From assembly GCA_000091205.1 (NCBI GenBank), contig AP006500.2: 64,000 nt of DNA; one strand, 5' to 3'. This DNA comes from Cyanidioschyzon merolae. Taxonomy: Eukaryota. The notes under the pieces are model-generated. The model was not told the DNA's origin, did no database searches, and was given only the letters and a program-made list of their open reading frames with translations. The position numbers were made by a program, and so were the translations under genes. Numbering within the stretch: position 1 is the first letter of the stretch; each line of letters starts with the position of its first letter. Positions 36,709 through 47,590 of the stretch are shown here, one piece after another.

Positions 36709-39700
36709 ATGATGGAGGCAGAGGAGAGTTACACGGAGTGGAAGCGCCTCCTGGAACGCGCTGTAGCGCTGGAGGCTCAGTTGTTTAGCGAACGAACTCA
36801 GGGAGGTTTCGCAGGCGAGTCTTTCGCGGCGGGAGTGCCAGCCAGCCACGAGAAGCTGGACCCGTTCCTGAAACCGCGCTTTCCGCCGGCGTATCGTAAC
36901 CTGAATCAGCTGGAGAGCGAGTCACAGAGACTGTTGAAGCAAACAGGTGCCACCGAGGCAGGCGCCGAGAGTTCCTTTGCAGGCACGTCGACGGAGCACG
37001 CACGTGCGCACGCTTTGCTGGCCCAGCGCGGCTTTGATCCAGATCGCATCGAACTCCAGGCGAAGCAGGTTGATTTGGTTGAAGATGTCGAGTATCTGGA
37101 GCCGTTTGCTGAGACCGACCTCGATACTTGGCTTCGGCTGCAGCACGAATGGGCGGTTTTAGAGCTTTGCGAGCTCGCCCGACATCGTACCGATTCCGCT
37201 GCCGAGGCGCTCTGGGAAGATCATGCAGCAGCTTCATGGGAACAACGTCGGAAACAGCTATTAAGCCTTCTGGGTAGTAGCACCGATGCGCTGAATCTGC
37301 GTGATATCCTAAGCTACACCGGGGGATCGGTCGACGCACGTAACCTTCGAAGTCGCACCCAGAGCCGAGCACGATCCGCATCGCCTTCAGGCGCGGAGAC
37401 AAGTCAGCGAACACCGGTGCAGTTAGATCGACGGGCGCGAGAACACCCTGAGCGCCAAGAGAGCAGCGAGCCGCACTCAGGTTTTGAGCGCGAATGTGCA
37501 GCCCTGGTCCTCGCTCTAGTTCGCCAGGCACCGGATAGTAGATCGCAGCTCTCTGAATCCGCGCACATCACGCAGTGGAGTGGTCTGGATATCAGCACTT
37601 TTTTGAGCGGCCAGGTGGCCACGTCTGTAGTTGGCGCTGCGGACTTGTCGACGGACCTCGTTGCGTTGAGGTTTGCACGAGCCGCGCGTAAATGGTCCCA
37701 GGTACGCACTGCGGCAAGTTGGCCGCATGTGTCCTACTCCGAAGCATGCTACGAAATTCTCTGTGCTATGCTTGGAGAAGGCGATCTCACCGCGACTCTC
37801 ACGAGGCCAGATTCGTTTGCCCGAAAGCAACCATTGACGCATGAATACGGCCCGTTCCGCGCACCTGCAGAAGGCATGCTTCGACCAAGTCGAGGGCACC
37901 GCCTTCGTTTCGTCTGCGGTGCACTTGACTGGCTTCAGAGGCAATTTCACCAACGCAAGCTGCGCCTCTCCATTGAACGCGAACCAGAAATGGCAGCACT
38001 CGGTGGCAAAACCGGCACACTAGCAGAAGTCCGTGCGTACCTGCGGGTCATGGAGGCTGGAACGATGGCGGTATCGCGACCGACGGGCTGGCTGACTGAG
38101 GATCCTTTTGCGGAGATCTATTACTGTCTGCGGTGCGGTGACATTGGGGCGGCTGTAGAAGCGGCCAAAGATTGGCTCTCCCCAGAAGGCAAACACTACT
38201 CCGGCGATGATCTACCTCGGTTCCTGACCTATCTAGAAAGTTTCGAGCAGAGCGCTCGTCGTCGATGGCAAGCTATTCGCCGCGCAAACGGTGGACCAGG
38301 TCCGTCCGAAGCGGGGTCGACTTCACAAGCGTTCGAGCTAAGGGGCCTGCGGGGCTCCGTCAAGGCAACGATGCTGTCACAAATGATCCACGACTACGGA
38401 TTATTTGTGCACAAGTCGCAGCTCCGATCTGGATACCGAGACTGGAGTGTCGCTTGGAACGCTAATGCCCAAGAGGAGCAACACCGTTTGGTAGAGCGCG
38501 ACATATTCAAGCGCGTCTGCTACGTGCTCATAGGACGTTTCAACAGCGCGGCACCAGAAGGAATGGAGTTGCTCGATATGGATTACGACGTGCTGTTTGC
38601 ATCCATCGAGGACTATCTCTGGATGCGTCTGTGGACATGCCGTCTCAGTGTCGATGAATGCGATGGAGAGCTTGGCTTCATTTCGTCGGAGCGCTCAGGT
38701 ATCGATGAAGAGACGCTCGCCGATGAGCGCTTGCCTCCGGAGATGAGCACGCTGGAGCTTCCACTGGATGCCGTCCAAGAGGAGATGCGCCAGTTCGGAT
38801 CGGCCCATTTTGACCCGCACGGTAATCGACCGCACTTCTACGCGATGATTCTGCTATTGACGTGTCAGTTTGAGGCAGCGCTGACCTATCTGGTGTACAA
38901 CGGTGTTGTGCGGGCGAGCGCGAGTGCCCTGACGCAGGACCCTCTGGTAGATGCGGTTCACCTCGGCCTGATCCTGAACTATTATGGTGCGCTCACCGAG
39001 TACGTACAACAGGATTCAGATCTTGTTCTCTACGACTATGCCGCAATTTTATGGCGCTACCTTCAGCGAGAGCAACGTGAAGTCTCTCTGGCCAAGGCCG
39101 ACCCTACTGCTGCTGCGGCCTACCTCATGACCATTCGCGATGCGGAACAGCGTTTCGCGTGTCTCTGCAAACTCGTCACCACGACCCGGGAGTTCTCGCT
39201 CCTGCTTGGTGCGATGATTCCCGGGACGTTACGACGACGCCCCGGGGTTATCGAACGACTCGAGCGCACTGCCTATACGACGCGGCAGCTTGCAGGCACT
39301 GCTGCAGAATGGGCTCGCGTTGCTTACGCTTGTGCAGAGTCGTGCGAAATAACCGGGGACGTTATCCACGCTGCAATGCTCTTCGAGCTAGCAGGTGATT
39401 TGAATCGAGTGATGTCGATCTTGATTCGAGCGCTCTGCTCCACGTATCTGGATCATCGCTTCTACCAGAATCGTCTACCACAGCCGGTGGATATGGAGCG
39501 CCAGCAACTGGAGCTGGCGAAGCAAGCGCAGTCCATATACGAAAAATACGAGCACGAAGGTGTCCTCAGTAGGCGTGAAGAAGATGGTGGACACAGGAGC
39601 TCCGATCAACAGACGAGTGCGCGTTTAAGTCGTTCGCTGGCGGTCGCGCTAAAGCTCGCGCGCTTTATTGCGCTCGTTTACGATGAAGCGCAAGACGACT

Positions 39701-40143
39701 CTGACCCAGACTCGTCTGCGGTTTCCCGAAAAAGCGTTGAGGAGAGATACGAAGCTGCGCTGGAGCTTCAGAAACAGCTTGGCCTGCTGCCTTTCTCTCG
39801 TTCGCAACTTACGGCAAAGGTAGAAGCACTTCGTCCAGGTGCAGTCTACGAGGACGCTCTTGTAGAACGCCTGCCAGTTGTGGTTCTTACGCTCATGCGT
39901 GTCGTGCATGTCCTCTACGAGAACACGAAAACTGCTTTGCGTACTGGTATCCCACACAAGTCGCCCGCGGAGCAAGCGCGTCCAAGCGAGCGCACCGTTT
40001 TAGCTTGGCGTTCTAGTATGGAGCAGCGCCTCGCTGAACTGAAAGAAATCGCTAGCACCCTGGTTACGTTCAGTGGTATGATACCCTTTATGACTGCAGC
40101 AGAGACGTCAGAGCTGGTGCGCTTGGAAATGACGCTCACGTGA
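36709..40143 (+). CDS. NUP93: Nucleoporin Nup93/Nic96 family.
   Basis: EIYYCLRCGDIGAAVEAAKDW, DYLWMRLWTC, HFYAMILLLTCQFEAALTYLV and the C-terminal TLVTFSGMIPFMTAAETSELVRLEMTLT parallel the conserved Nup93 blocks (IYxCLRCGD; DYLWLKL; LYFQVLFLTAQFEAAVAFL; TLITFAGMIPYR...LVQMEVLMN). N-terminal coiled-coil region MMEAEESYTEWKRLLERAVALEAQL. About 1145 aa with insertions. Confidence 0.8.
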   Translation: MMEAEESYTEWKRLLERAVALEAQLFSERTQGGFAGESFAAGVPASHEKLDPFLKPRFPPAYRNLNQLESESQRLLKQTGATEAGAESSFAGTSTEHARAHALLAQRGFDPDRIELQAKQVDLVEDVEYLEPFAETDLDTWLRLQHEWAVLELCELARHRTDSAAEALWEDHAAASWEQRRKQLLSLLGSSTDALNLRDILSYTGGSVDARNLRSRTQSRARSASPSGAETSQRTPVQLDRRAREHPERQESSEPHSGFERECAALVLALVRQAPDSRSQLSESAHITQWSGLDISTFLSGQVATSVVGAADLSTDLVALRFARAARKWSQVRTAASWPHVSYSEACYEILCAMLGEGDLTATLTRPDSFARKQPLTHEYGPFRAPAEGMLRPSRGHRLRFVCGALDWLQRQFHQRKLRLSIEREPEMAALGGKTGTLAEVRAYLRVMEAGTMAVSRPTGWLTEDPFAEIYYCLRCGDIGAAVEAAKDWLSPEGKHYSGDDLPRFLTYLESFEQSARRRWQAIRRANGGPGPSEAGSTSQAFELRGLRGSVKATMLSQMIHDYGLFVHKSQLRSGYRDWSVAWNANAQEEQHRLVERDIFKRVCYVLIGRFNSAAPEGMELLDMDYDVLFASIEDYLWMRLWTCRLSVDECDGELGFISSERSGIDEETLADERLPPEMSTLELPLDAVQEEMRQFGSAHFDPHGNRPHFYAMILLLTCQFEAALTYLVYNGVVRASASALTQDPLVDAVHLGLILNYYGALTEYVQQDSDLVLYDYAAILWRYLQREQREVSLAKADPTAAAAYLMTIRDAEQRFACLCKLVTTTREFSLLLGAMIPGTLRRRPGVIERLERTAYTTRQLAGTAAEWARVAYACAESCEITGDVIHAAMLFELAGDLNRVMSILIRALCSTYLDHRFYQNRLPQPVDMERQQLELAKQAQSIYEKYEHEGVLSRREEDGGHRSSDQQTSARLSRSLAVALKLARFIALVYDEAQDDSDPDSSAVSRKSVEERYEAALELQKQLGLLPFSRSQLTAKVEALRPGAVYEDALVERLPVVVLTLMRVVHVLYENTKTALRTGIPHKSPAEQARPSERTVLAWRSSMEQRLAELKEIASTLVTFSGMIPFMTAAETSELVRLEMTLT

Positions 40144-40535
40144 ATCCGACTTGAGTATCGGCCAGCAGTTGGACGTGGACACTGCGTCGGATACGTGCAT
40201 CGAGACAGTATAAGCATTCCCTTACGACTCACAAGCGTATGCCGCTGGTCCCGGACGGAGACGTGTTCCGGTCTGGGTAGAATCACACGAGCGCAGCTGC
40301 AGCAGGTTCCCCAGTCGGTGATCTCTGCACGTTAGATTCATCTGTGGATGAGAGTATCCTATGGATCCTCAGGGATATACGCAGATCGCGTAGGGTAAAC
40401 GCATTTATTCTTGATGGTGCATTGCACGATAGAAACGTATTCATGTGATGCGTATGCCGTTCTTGCATTTGTACGCGAATCTTACCTCGCTGATGGTGGA
40501 ACGTTTAAGCATATGAGAAGGAACGCTGCTCTCCT

Positions 40536-40787
40536 CGCTCGTTACAGTCATCACTCGGTGCTTGGGAAAGCATCCGGTTCGATTCACCGGTATCCCGTCA
40601 GTGCAAGTCGTGGTACTCGCATTGCTCGTTACTGTCATCACTCGGTGCTTGGGAAAGCATCCGGTTCGATTCACCGGTATTCCGTCAGTGCAAGTCGTGG
40701 TACTCGCATTGCTCGTTACTGTCATCACTCGGTGCTTGGGAAAGCATCCGGTTCGATTCACCGGTATTCCGTCAGTGCAAGTCGCAT
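40536..40787. repeat. Tandem repeat, 84-bp unit x3, between the Nup93 stop and the sulfite oxidase start.
   Basis: cattgctcgttactgtcatcactcggtgcttgggaaagcatccggttcgattcaccggtattccgtcagtgcaagtcgtggtactcg is repeated at 40536, 40620 and 40704 with about 97% identity. Each unit contains a ccgg-ttcgattca-ccgg hairpin. It lies in frame with the downstream SO ORF, but 5' of the chosen start at 40897. Confidence 0.9.
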
Positions 40788-40896
40788 TGCGATCTGCAGG
40801 AGCGGCATGGCGAGATGTTCGCGTCCAGCATCGCGATACGGCAAACACCTGAACAAAACGATTCGTGAACAGTTTATTTTCAATAGTTTCAGAGCA

Positions 40897-42375
40897 ATGG
40901 AACGTTCTTTTAACGGATATATTCAATATATTGATGACTACAGCCATGAGCCTGTGAATCAAAGGCGATATGACTTGCTCGTTGTTCAGAAAGAGCAACC
41001 GTTCAACGCAGAGCCAAAAGCTCCGCTACTGGTTCAGCACCACGTGACTCCAACGGAGCGCTTCTATGTGCGTAGCCACGGTCCAGTGCCAGCTTGTCCC
41101 GACAGTACACGTTTCCGTCTGGTTGTAGACGTGTCGCTGGCGCTCGAGCACTGTCAAAGTGGTGCGCAAGATAACCAAAAGCGGCCGGGTCAGCTGCAGT
41201 GGAGTCTCGAGACGCTTCGGGAGAAGTTCAAGTTTACGGAAGTGGAAGCTTGTCTCCAGTGCGCTGGCAACCGCCGCACTGAACTTGTGGATCGAACGAA
41301 ACGACCCGTGAAAGGCGTAGGTTGGCATCAAAGCGCCATCGGAAACGCTCGCTGGGGAGGGTTCCTGCTCGCCGACCTGCTGCGTTTCTCGCTGCACCAA
41401 GCGGGCCTGACGGACGACGCACAGCTCGCACAAGTTCCTTGCGATGTTTGTATCGAAATGGAGGGCGCGGATTGGGTCCCAGAAGAGGAATACCGACGGA
41501 AGCATCGTGACACGCCCCCACCAGGCTACATGGCGTCTCTCCCGTGGTCCATGGTCATGGGTGATGGCTCCAGCGGGCACGCGGTGCCTCCCGTGCTGCT
41601 GGCAACGCACATGAATGGTGCTCCGTTGACTGCAGACCACGGGTACCCGCTGCGCTGTGTCGCCCCCGGAATCTATGGAGCTCGCTCCGTGAAATGGTTA
41701 TGGCGGATTGGGCTCAGACGCGGACATTCTGACGGTTACTTTGTGGAGCGCGACTATAAGGTTTTCTCACCAGCTGTGGACGCAGCATACGTGCGATGGG
41801 ATAGTGCGCCTCCACTCCTGGAAGTCAATGTGCAGTGTGCAGCATGCGTGCCAGCAGAGCGAGCTTGGAAGTTGTGGACCTCCAAGGCTGACCGCCACCC
41901 GCCAGGCACCGCCTCAAGTCTGGTGGTGCCGCTCTGGGGCTATGCGTTCAGTGGCGGTGGACGGCGAATCATTCGCGTCGATATCAGCGGTGATGCCGGT
42001 GCAACATGGACCGTCGCACAGCTCATATTCGGTGAAAAGGGCGCGCACCATGCGATCAGAGCGGAGTCCGCACGAGTAGCAGACGACACCGATGAAGCAC
42101 ACAATCTCTATACACCAGGATTGGAGCCTTTCCGGGTACGTCCACTCGATACCGAGCGTCCGATTGCGAACGATGCCCATCGCTATGCCTGGTGTCGCTG
42201 GTACGCGAAGCTAGCGATTCAGCCGCCGTGTGAGGTCTGGTGCCGCGCCGTCGACGAGTCTGCGAATACGCAGCCCGACGACGTGCGGGCCTGTTGGAAC
42301 TTTCGAGGGGTTGCACACAACTCCGTATATCGAATCCGAGTGGAATCGGATGACGGACCACGATCGCGGCTGTAA
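40897..42375 (+). CDS. SOX: Sulfite oxidase, plant-type (Moco domain + dimerisation domain, no cytochrome b5 domain), with a peroxisomal PTS1-like C-terminus. Start chosen at MERSF; the ORF is open to 40411 through a tandem repeat.
   Basis: LLVQHHVTPTERFYVRSHGPVP, LQCAGNRRTELVDRTKRPVKGVGWHQSAIGNARWGGFLLADLL (the Moco-binding Cys loop) and HGYPLRCVAPGIYGARSVKWLWRIGL match the sulfite oxidase family. The C-terminal tripeptide is SRL. Plant sulfite oxidases end in SNL and are peroxisomal. Confidence 0.85.
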   Translation: MERSFNGYIQYIDDYSHEPVNQRRYDLLVVQKEQPFNAEPKAPLLVQHHVTPTERFYVRSHGPVPACPDSTRFRLVVDVSLALEHCQSGAQDNQKRPGQLQWSLETLREKFKFTEVEACLQCAGNRRTELVDRTKRPVKGVGWHQSAIGNARWGGFLLADLLRFSLHQAGLTDDAQLAQVPCDVCIEMEGADWVPEEEYRRKHRDTPPPGYMASLPWSMVMGDGSSGHAVPPVLLATHMNGAPLTADHGYPLRCVAPGIYGARSVKWLWRIGLRRGHSDGYFVERDYKVFSPAVDAAYVRWDSAPPLLEVNVQCAACVPAERAWKLWTSKADRHPPGTASSLVVPLWGYAFSGGGRRIIRVDISGDAGATWTVAQLIFGEKGAHHAIRAESARVADDTDEAHNLYTPGLEPFRVRPLDTERPIANDAHRYAWCRWYAKLAIQPPCEVWCRAVDESANTQPDDVRACWNFRGVAHNSVYRIRVESDDGPRSRL

Positions 42376-43234
42376 GCGACGTTCATCTAGGATGCGCACC
42401 AGCAGAAGTTTTATCCTCGAACGGAACGCGTCCACGTTGACGCCAGTGTACTGTGCAGCGCGTGGTCGAGCAAACGGCGCCATATCTCTCGAAACTGCGG
42501 ATATGCATTGAACAGCGCCCTACAGCGTTTTGTCTACATGTTACCCAGTGATTTTCTTGTGAGCACGCTGGCGCTTGGTAAGCTTAAAGTGGATGTTTCG
42601 TTGGCGCCGCGTTCTGACTCCGTCGACGTGAGGAGATGGCAGGCATCCCTGTGACGAGAGGCTTTTCCCACGACGCTATGTACACTCCGCATACCTGGTT
42701 TTCAGTAGCGAATCGAGCTTGATCGGAATGTCAAGTGCAAAATTTCAGTCAAACGGAGACATAGATACGATGTGATGCAATCGAATCGGTACTCCTTGGG
42801 CATTTGTGAAACGCATTTCCAGTCCGGGATCGGTTATGAGGTAAACCTGTCGAGATTTAGGTATGGGTAAGAGTACTTGTTTTTGTCTTGAAGAGGAGAA
42901 CGCTTCAAAGCTTGATCGAATCGTTCCAACGAATCACTGGATTCCTCGCTGTGAGGATCGCTCAGTTCACACCTGAGTGCAAGCACGCCATCGTCAAATG
43001 CCACGTCGTCGGTCCCTGCGTACAAAGGATGAACCTTGCGAGGTCTGCAAAACTCAGGAACGAGCGTTTTCGGTTCTGAGACGCTCTAAGGTCCAAGAAT
43101 TGGACGCCTCTTCGCCATATGCATCACAACTGTACACACTGTCCGGTAAGAGAGTACACGCGCAAAATGAAGCCTGGCAAGTCGCTCGCCTCAGCTACAA
43201 CGCCACCCACACCTGCCGATGCATCGTCGTTGTC

Positions 43235-43252
43235 GTGGTGGTGGTGGTGGTG
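43235..43252. repeat. (GTG)n trinucleotide microsatellite.
   Basis: gtcgtggtggtggtggtggtgccg read directly. Confidence 0.85.
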
Positions 43253-43600
43253 CCGCGGCCCGAGCCCTCGGGGTCATGTGTTCTATCAGGCTCTCTGCGT
43301 CGATCTCGGATAATGACGACTCAATCTGGGTACCGGAGATCACGATTTCGGACCTTGATCCCTTCAAAAACTGTCTGCGAAGTGTTTGCAGCGCGGCATT
43401 GCATGTACATGCATCATGACACCTCTGCACTGCCCGAGAAGCACCAACATACCGATGACTTGGGCCATCCGCACAACTTGGTACACCCACACATACAAAT
43501 GCCATATCCAGAGCCTTCTGCTAGTGTCTGGTCGCTAGACGATGCATCCGGAGAGCGCCGTCCGCGGACGTTGCACTCGCCTTGAGGTAGTGCGCGAGTA

Positions 43601-44701
43601 TCACGGAGCTTCGATACCGGGTCGCATCAGCAGCGACGCTGCCAACCCGAGGTTCCCGTTCGCTGCTGCGAGCGCTGACCTGGCTGAGGCTTCATCGAAT
43701 CCCATGGCAACGAGGCGCTGAACATTGACGTCTGTCTCGTTACGAGCCGGAGCGGAATCGAGGCCTCTTGCTTCTGCGATCTCTCTGTCGCTGAGAAACG
43801 GAACAGCGCGGTCTCTCTCTCGCAGAACATTCTCTCTCAAATCAATACACATTCCGTGCTTGCGCAGCGTGTCGAGACCCAGAAGCATATCCGTATTCAG
43901 CTGCTCGACAATGGCAAAGGAACATTCATACCATTCTCCATCGAGTTCCATAAGCGCCATATGGACCCGTCCGATGAACTCTGCCCGTCCCAGGCCGATG
44001 GCAGTGCCGCGAAAACGCCGATCAATAAGTCTGCTGAGACCGGAACGCTCCGCACAAGCCTGGCTCATAACGGTGCACTGTGCGCCACTGTCGACAAGTG
44101 CAAGGACCGGCTGGGCGTTGCGAGCTGAGTCAGCAGTGACACGAACTCGAACGTACAGCGGCGTAATATACGTGAACGACTCTACATTGTGCTCCAGAGC
44201 AGCCGCCAGATTCTCCTGAATGTTATGTTCATGAATCGCAGCTTCAATCCGGCGCTGTAGCTCTGGACTCATGAGCTCATCTTCAAATGGCATCGAGGTC
44301 CAATCAGAGCCGCTTCGGGACACTAGTCCACTGACGCCAGCTGTGGCAGGTAAAGCGCTCGTCTCTGAGATAGGGGCAGGCAGCGCAGCGTCGCGGTCAC
44401 GTACCGAGTCTGGTGCAGTCGTCTGTGCACGCTCCAGGGCTTGATTTCGGAACTGAGGTTCAACAGTGATAAGTTCATCGTCCGGAAGGGCTAGCTCGCG
44501 AACGGTTCGTTGAGGCGGGAGCAGCTGGCCCCGCCAACGAAACGCATAGTTTACGGCTGCGTCTTCCACAACACTTTCGCTGGGGTGAAGCTCGACGAGA
44601 ACCGCTTCCAGCAAGTCCGCAATAAGTGCTTCTTCTGAAGCTTCTAAAGTCGCGAAACGCTCACCGTCTGCAGACACAAAGCATAATCGTTTACTCGTCA
44701 T
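43601..44701 (-). CDS. DDI1: DNA-damage-inducible protein 1 (Ddi1): ubiquitin-like domain, retropepsin-like aspartyl protease domain and C-terminal UBA domain.
   Basis: N-terminal UBL MTSKRLCFVSADGERFATLEASEEALIADLLEAVL. Protease core YVRVRVTADSARNAQPVLALVDSGAQCTVMSQACAERSGL...GLDTLRKHGMCIDL with the D-S-G-A-Q active site typical of Ddi1. C-terminal UBA VQRLVAMGFDEASARSALAAANGNLGLAASLLM. Confidence 0.85.
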   Translation of the reverse strand: MTSKRLCFVSADGERFATLEASEEALIADLLEAVLVELHPSESVVEDAAVNYAFRWRGQLLPPQRTVRELALPDDELITVEPQFRNQALERAQTTAPDSVRDRDAALPAPISETSALPATAGVSGLVSRSGSDWTSMPFEDELMSPELQRRIEAAIHEHNIQENLAAALEHNVESFTYITPLYVRVRVTADSARNAQPVLALVDSGAQCTVMSQACAERSGLSRLIDRRFRGTAIGLGRAEFIGRVHMALMELDGEWYECSFAIVEQLNTDMLLGLDTLRKHGMCIDLRENVLRERDRAVPFLSDREIAEARGLDSAPARNETDVNVQRLVAMGFDEASARSALAAANGNLGLAASLLMRPGIEAP

Positions 44702-45559
44702 GGTACTGTCCAGAAAACTCAAGAGAGAAACCGTTTTCAGCGCCACGCGTGACGCCGACTTGTCAGGTAGCAGCAGGAAGACCCAAGTATGTGCTCTGAA
44801 CGCTCAGGATCAATCTAACCCGTGCATACCTCCGGGACTGATATGCTCAGGTGTATAAAAAAGCCGCCACTGAGAGCAGCTGTCGCCTTAAAGGACGAAC
44901 ACCAGCGCCCGTGGTGGAAAGTTCCAGCGTAGTCTGGCAGCTGTGGCGGTATTGCCGTTGTGTGCAGCCTCGAACCGCTGCTGCACTCTGGGGCCAGCAC
45001 GTGGATGCAAAAGTATGCAGGAGACTACCTGCAAGGTCCGTATACATCCAGGGCAGTCTACAGGGCCTCTACAATGGCGATCAGTCGAACTGTTCACGCT
45101 GCAATGGTGTCAGTTTAGCATGGAAAACTGAACTGTTAGCTCGGTTCCTGCCTTTCGAATCTTTCCGAACTTGTGCAGCCACGACGATCGAACTGCAGCA
45201 AAAAGGACTTAAGGATGTATACGTAGGTTTAGGATTGTGGGTCTTATGTTTAGGCTGGCTTCTTCGACACGTTGTCGGTGGAACGCTGTGCATCACCAGT
45301 ACCCGGGTGATTCGCGACGCTCTCCAACACGGGTTCGTCGACGAACCAGTATGCTTCTTCGAAGCGTACAACCAAAGCTCCACGCTTCTCTATTGCTTAC
45401 GTTTAACGTGGCCAAATCACGCATGTTTCAAGTTTTGGGCGCTTATCTTTCAAGGCATCTCGTGGGCGTCGCAACGCACGCTGCTGGCTTGGCGCGGAAA
45501 AATGCTCGACGTGGCCATTGGCTGCATATGCACGAGCTCGTATCGAGACCTCACTGAAC

Positions 45560-47590
45560 TTGTTGCATCACAAAATCGATCTCGTTGGAAAGACGCATCC
45601 TCTTGTGTCTCTTGCCATCGAAGAAACTCCATTGGGCAGCAGCAAGATATCTCCAAGCAGATACGCTCTGGGAGGAGGCTCCCGTCTCTTCTGTTTCCAC
45701 GGAAACGGGTCTTGGATCTGGACTTGAGTCATCGTAACATCCACCACTGATGGAGCGTACGTCACTGCTTACCAAGAACAGAGCGTATACGGATCGAAAA
45801 TTGTCCACTTGTGCTTCTGTCCGGATTTTTCCATGGTATTTGTTTCACCATGAAGAACATCGCGTTCTAGAAACTCGCTTCTGTTCGTTCCTCCGTTGAT
45901 TCGCGAGTGCCCGAGGAGCTCCGGATGTCAAGTGCATCGTGCGCTTCTATAAAATCCATGTTGTCGACCGGCTCCTATTCTGCCGCGACGCTCGTTGTCC
46001 TCATCGGATGCATTTGCCATGCTTTTGCGCTGGCGCCTCGTCCTCAACCAAGCGGGAAGAAGCTCTAACCGAGGCGCGCGGCGAGCAACCCCGAAATACC
46101 TTCGGAAGCGGCTAAAGTCTCCTGCGCTCTGGAGCTCTGATAGAGCACTCCACCAGCAAAAACACCATCACTATCGTTGACGTGTTTCTCGTTGACCACC
46201 AGTCCATTTTCTCTTCAGCGTCCTCGTCTGTGTGAACGATTCGACGGGGATGTATCACGCTCTATCCTCCGATCCGCTGGGCTTGAACGAAGCACCGGCC
46301 ATGAAGAGATCCTTTATGCCGCCCAAGCACGCGACCGAGTCGTCGCCGGTTCGCCCGAGGTCATCGAATCCTTTACTGGCTGGTGCCCGTGAATCCTGGT
46401 GTGTCTCATTCACTGTTGTCATGCGTATCTTTTTCCTACGAATTTCTTTGTGTTATCCAGACTGCATCGAATCATCAAGCGAGTGCATGCTTCGACACCC
46501 GCAAAGCCGTTCAGCTGTGTAGCTGAAGTGCTTGCGGCTTCGATGGAACCACGCAGCTGGGGGGCTGTTTCCAGCATGTGCTTGGGGTTTAGTGAGGACA
46601 CGGAAAGCCGTGGGTCTCAACAGCAGGTCAAGCGAGTTTCCCACTTTTGAACCTCCTCGACGCATCGGACCTGCGCGTCCATCACCGTCAGGTAGTGGCG
46701 CTGCTGGACCCAGCTGTAATGACGTACGGTATCCAGTACGCTGGCTATGTGTTCTGACAAGAACAGGTACGTTCCGATGCGTCCGTTTAAAAAAGTAGCA
46801 TCAAAGCGTAGCGATGTGCTTCGAGCAGGAAAGCGTTCCATCCAAGAGTGGCAACGTTCTCCGGGTGCGGTACGCTCTGCTTTTCAGACCGCTTCGGTAC
46901 ATGTCGACTGCTCTTCCCCAGCTGTTTGCCTGGCATTCCTAGTGTGCATCGACTGTGCGCTTCCGTTGATAAACATGCAATTTAGATTTATTCTCTATAC
47001 GCTTTTCACCTCTCTGCTTTAAGCGTTTTCAGATATCCGCGATCCGCTATCGGCTATGCATTTCGCGAAACATGCGCCCCGATGAGCGCCATTGCCTCAG
47101 ATGCCGCGCTTCAAGCATCGAGCACCAGTTCGTGTCGAAGACGATCAAATCAATCGAAACCTGTATACGCGTCCCTGAGCACGTTCCCCAGGGCCCCGAA
47201 TCTGTTCTGAATTGAGTTCAACGATGGAGAATATGTCGGAGAGTATAGCATGACGCATCCTGCGTTCTCTGCTGGATTCTAAACAAAAGAGGGTTTGTAG
47301 AACGCGGCATTTTGTATGATAAAACAGAAACAGAAAGGCAAAGCCAGGCTGGACGGCATTTCGAGATATGTCGATACCCCCATGCTCCCCTCGAGCAGAT
47401 CGATGACGCACGCTCCACTGGACTTGATCGCTATGATGACTCAAGTCCGAGTCAAAGACCCCTTTCCATGCAAAACGCAGAGCAGGGAGCCTCTGGGAAC
47501 ATATCACGTGAAGACTACCATACAGCGAGGCGAGGATTCCATTTCGTCGATGATCGCGAAGTGACGAAGATTTACCTTTCGAACTGAATC
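45560..47590. mobile_element. Candidate non-autonomous foldback/MITE-like element of about 2 kb, bounded by roughly 200-bp imperfect inverted repeats.
   Basis: Reverse complement of 45700-45760 (cgtacgctccatcagtggtggatgttacgatgactcaagtccagatccaagacccgtttcc) matches 47400-47462 (cgcacgctccactggacttgatcgctatgatgactcaagtccgagtcaaagacccctttcc). Similarity continues outward (gggagcctc...; tttcttcgatgg/tttcgtcgatga). Short ORFs on opposite strands of the two arms encode the same peptide (MTQVQIQDPFPWKQKRREP versus MTQVRVKDPFPCKTQSREP). No transposase-like ORF inside. Confidence 0.5.

Noticed and set aside
40536-40787. Considered whether the 84-bp tandem units are tRNA-derived (SINE-like), because each contains ccgg-ttcgattca-ccgg resembling a T-arm.
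   Set aside because: The stem is only 4 bp with a 9-nt loop. No acceptor or anticodon stems can be drawn at the required spacing, and there is no A/B-box consensus.
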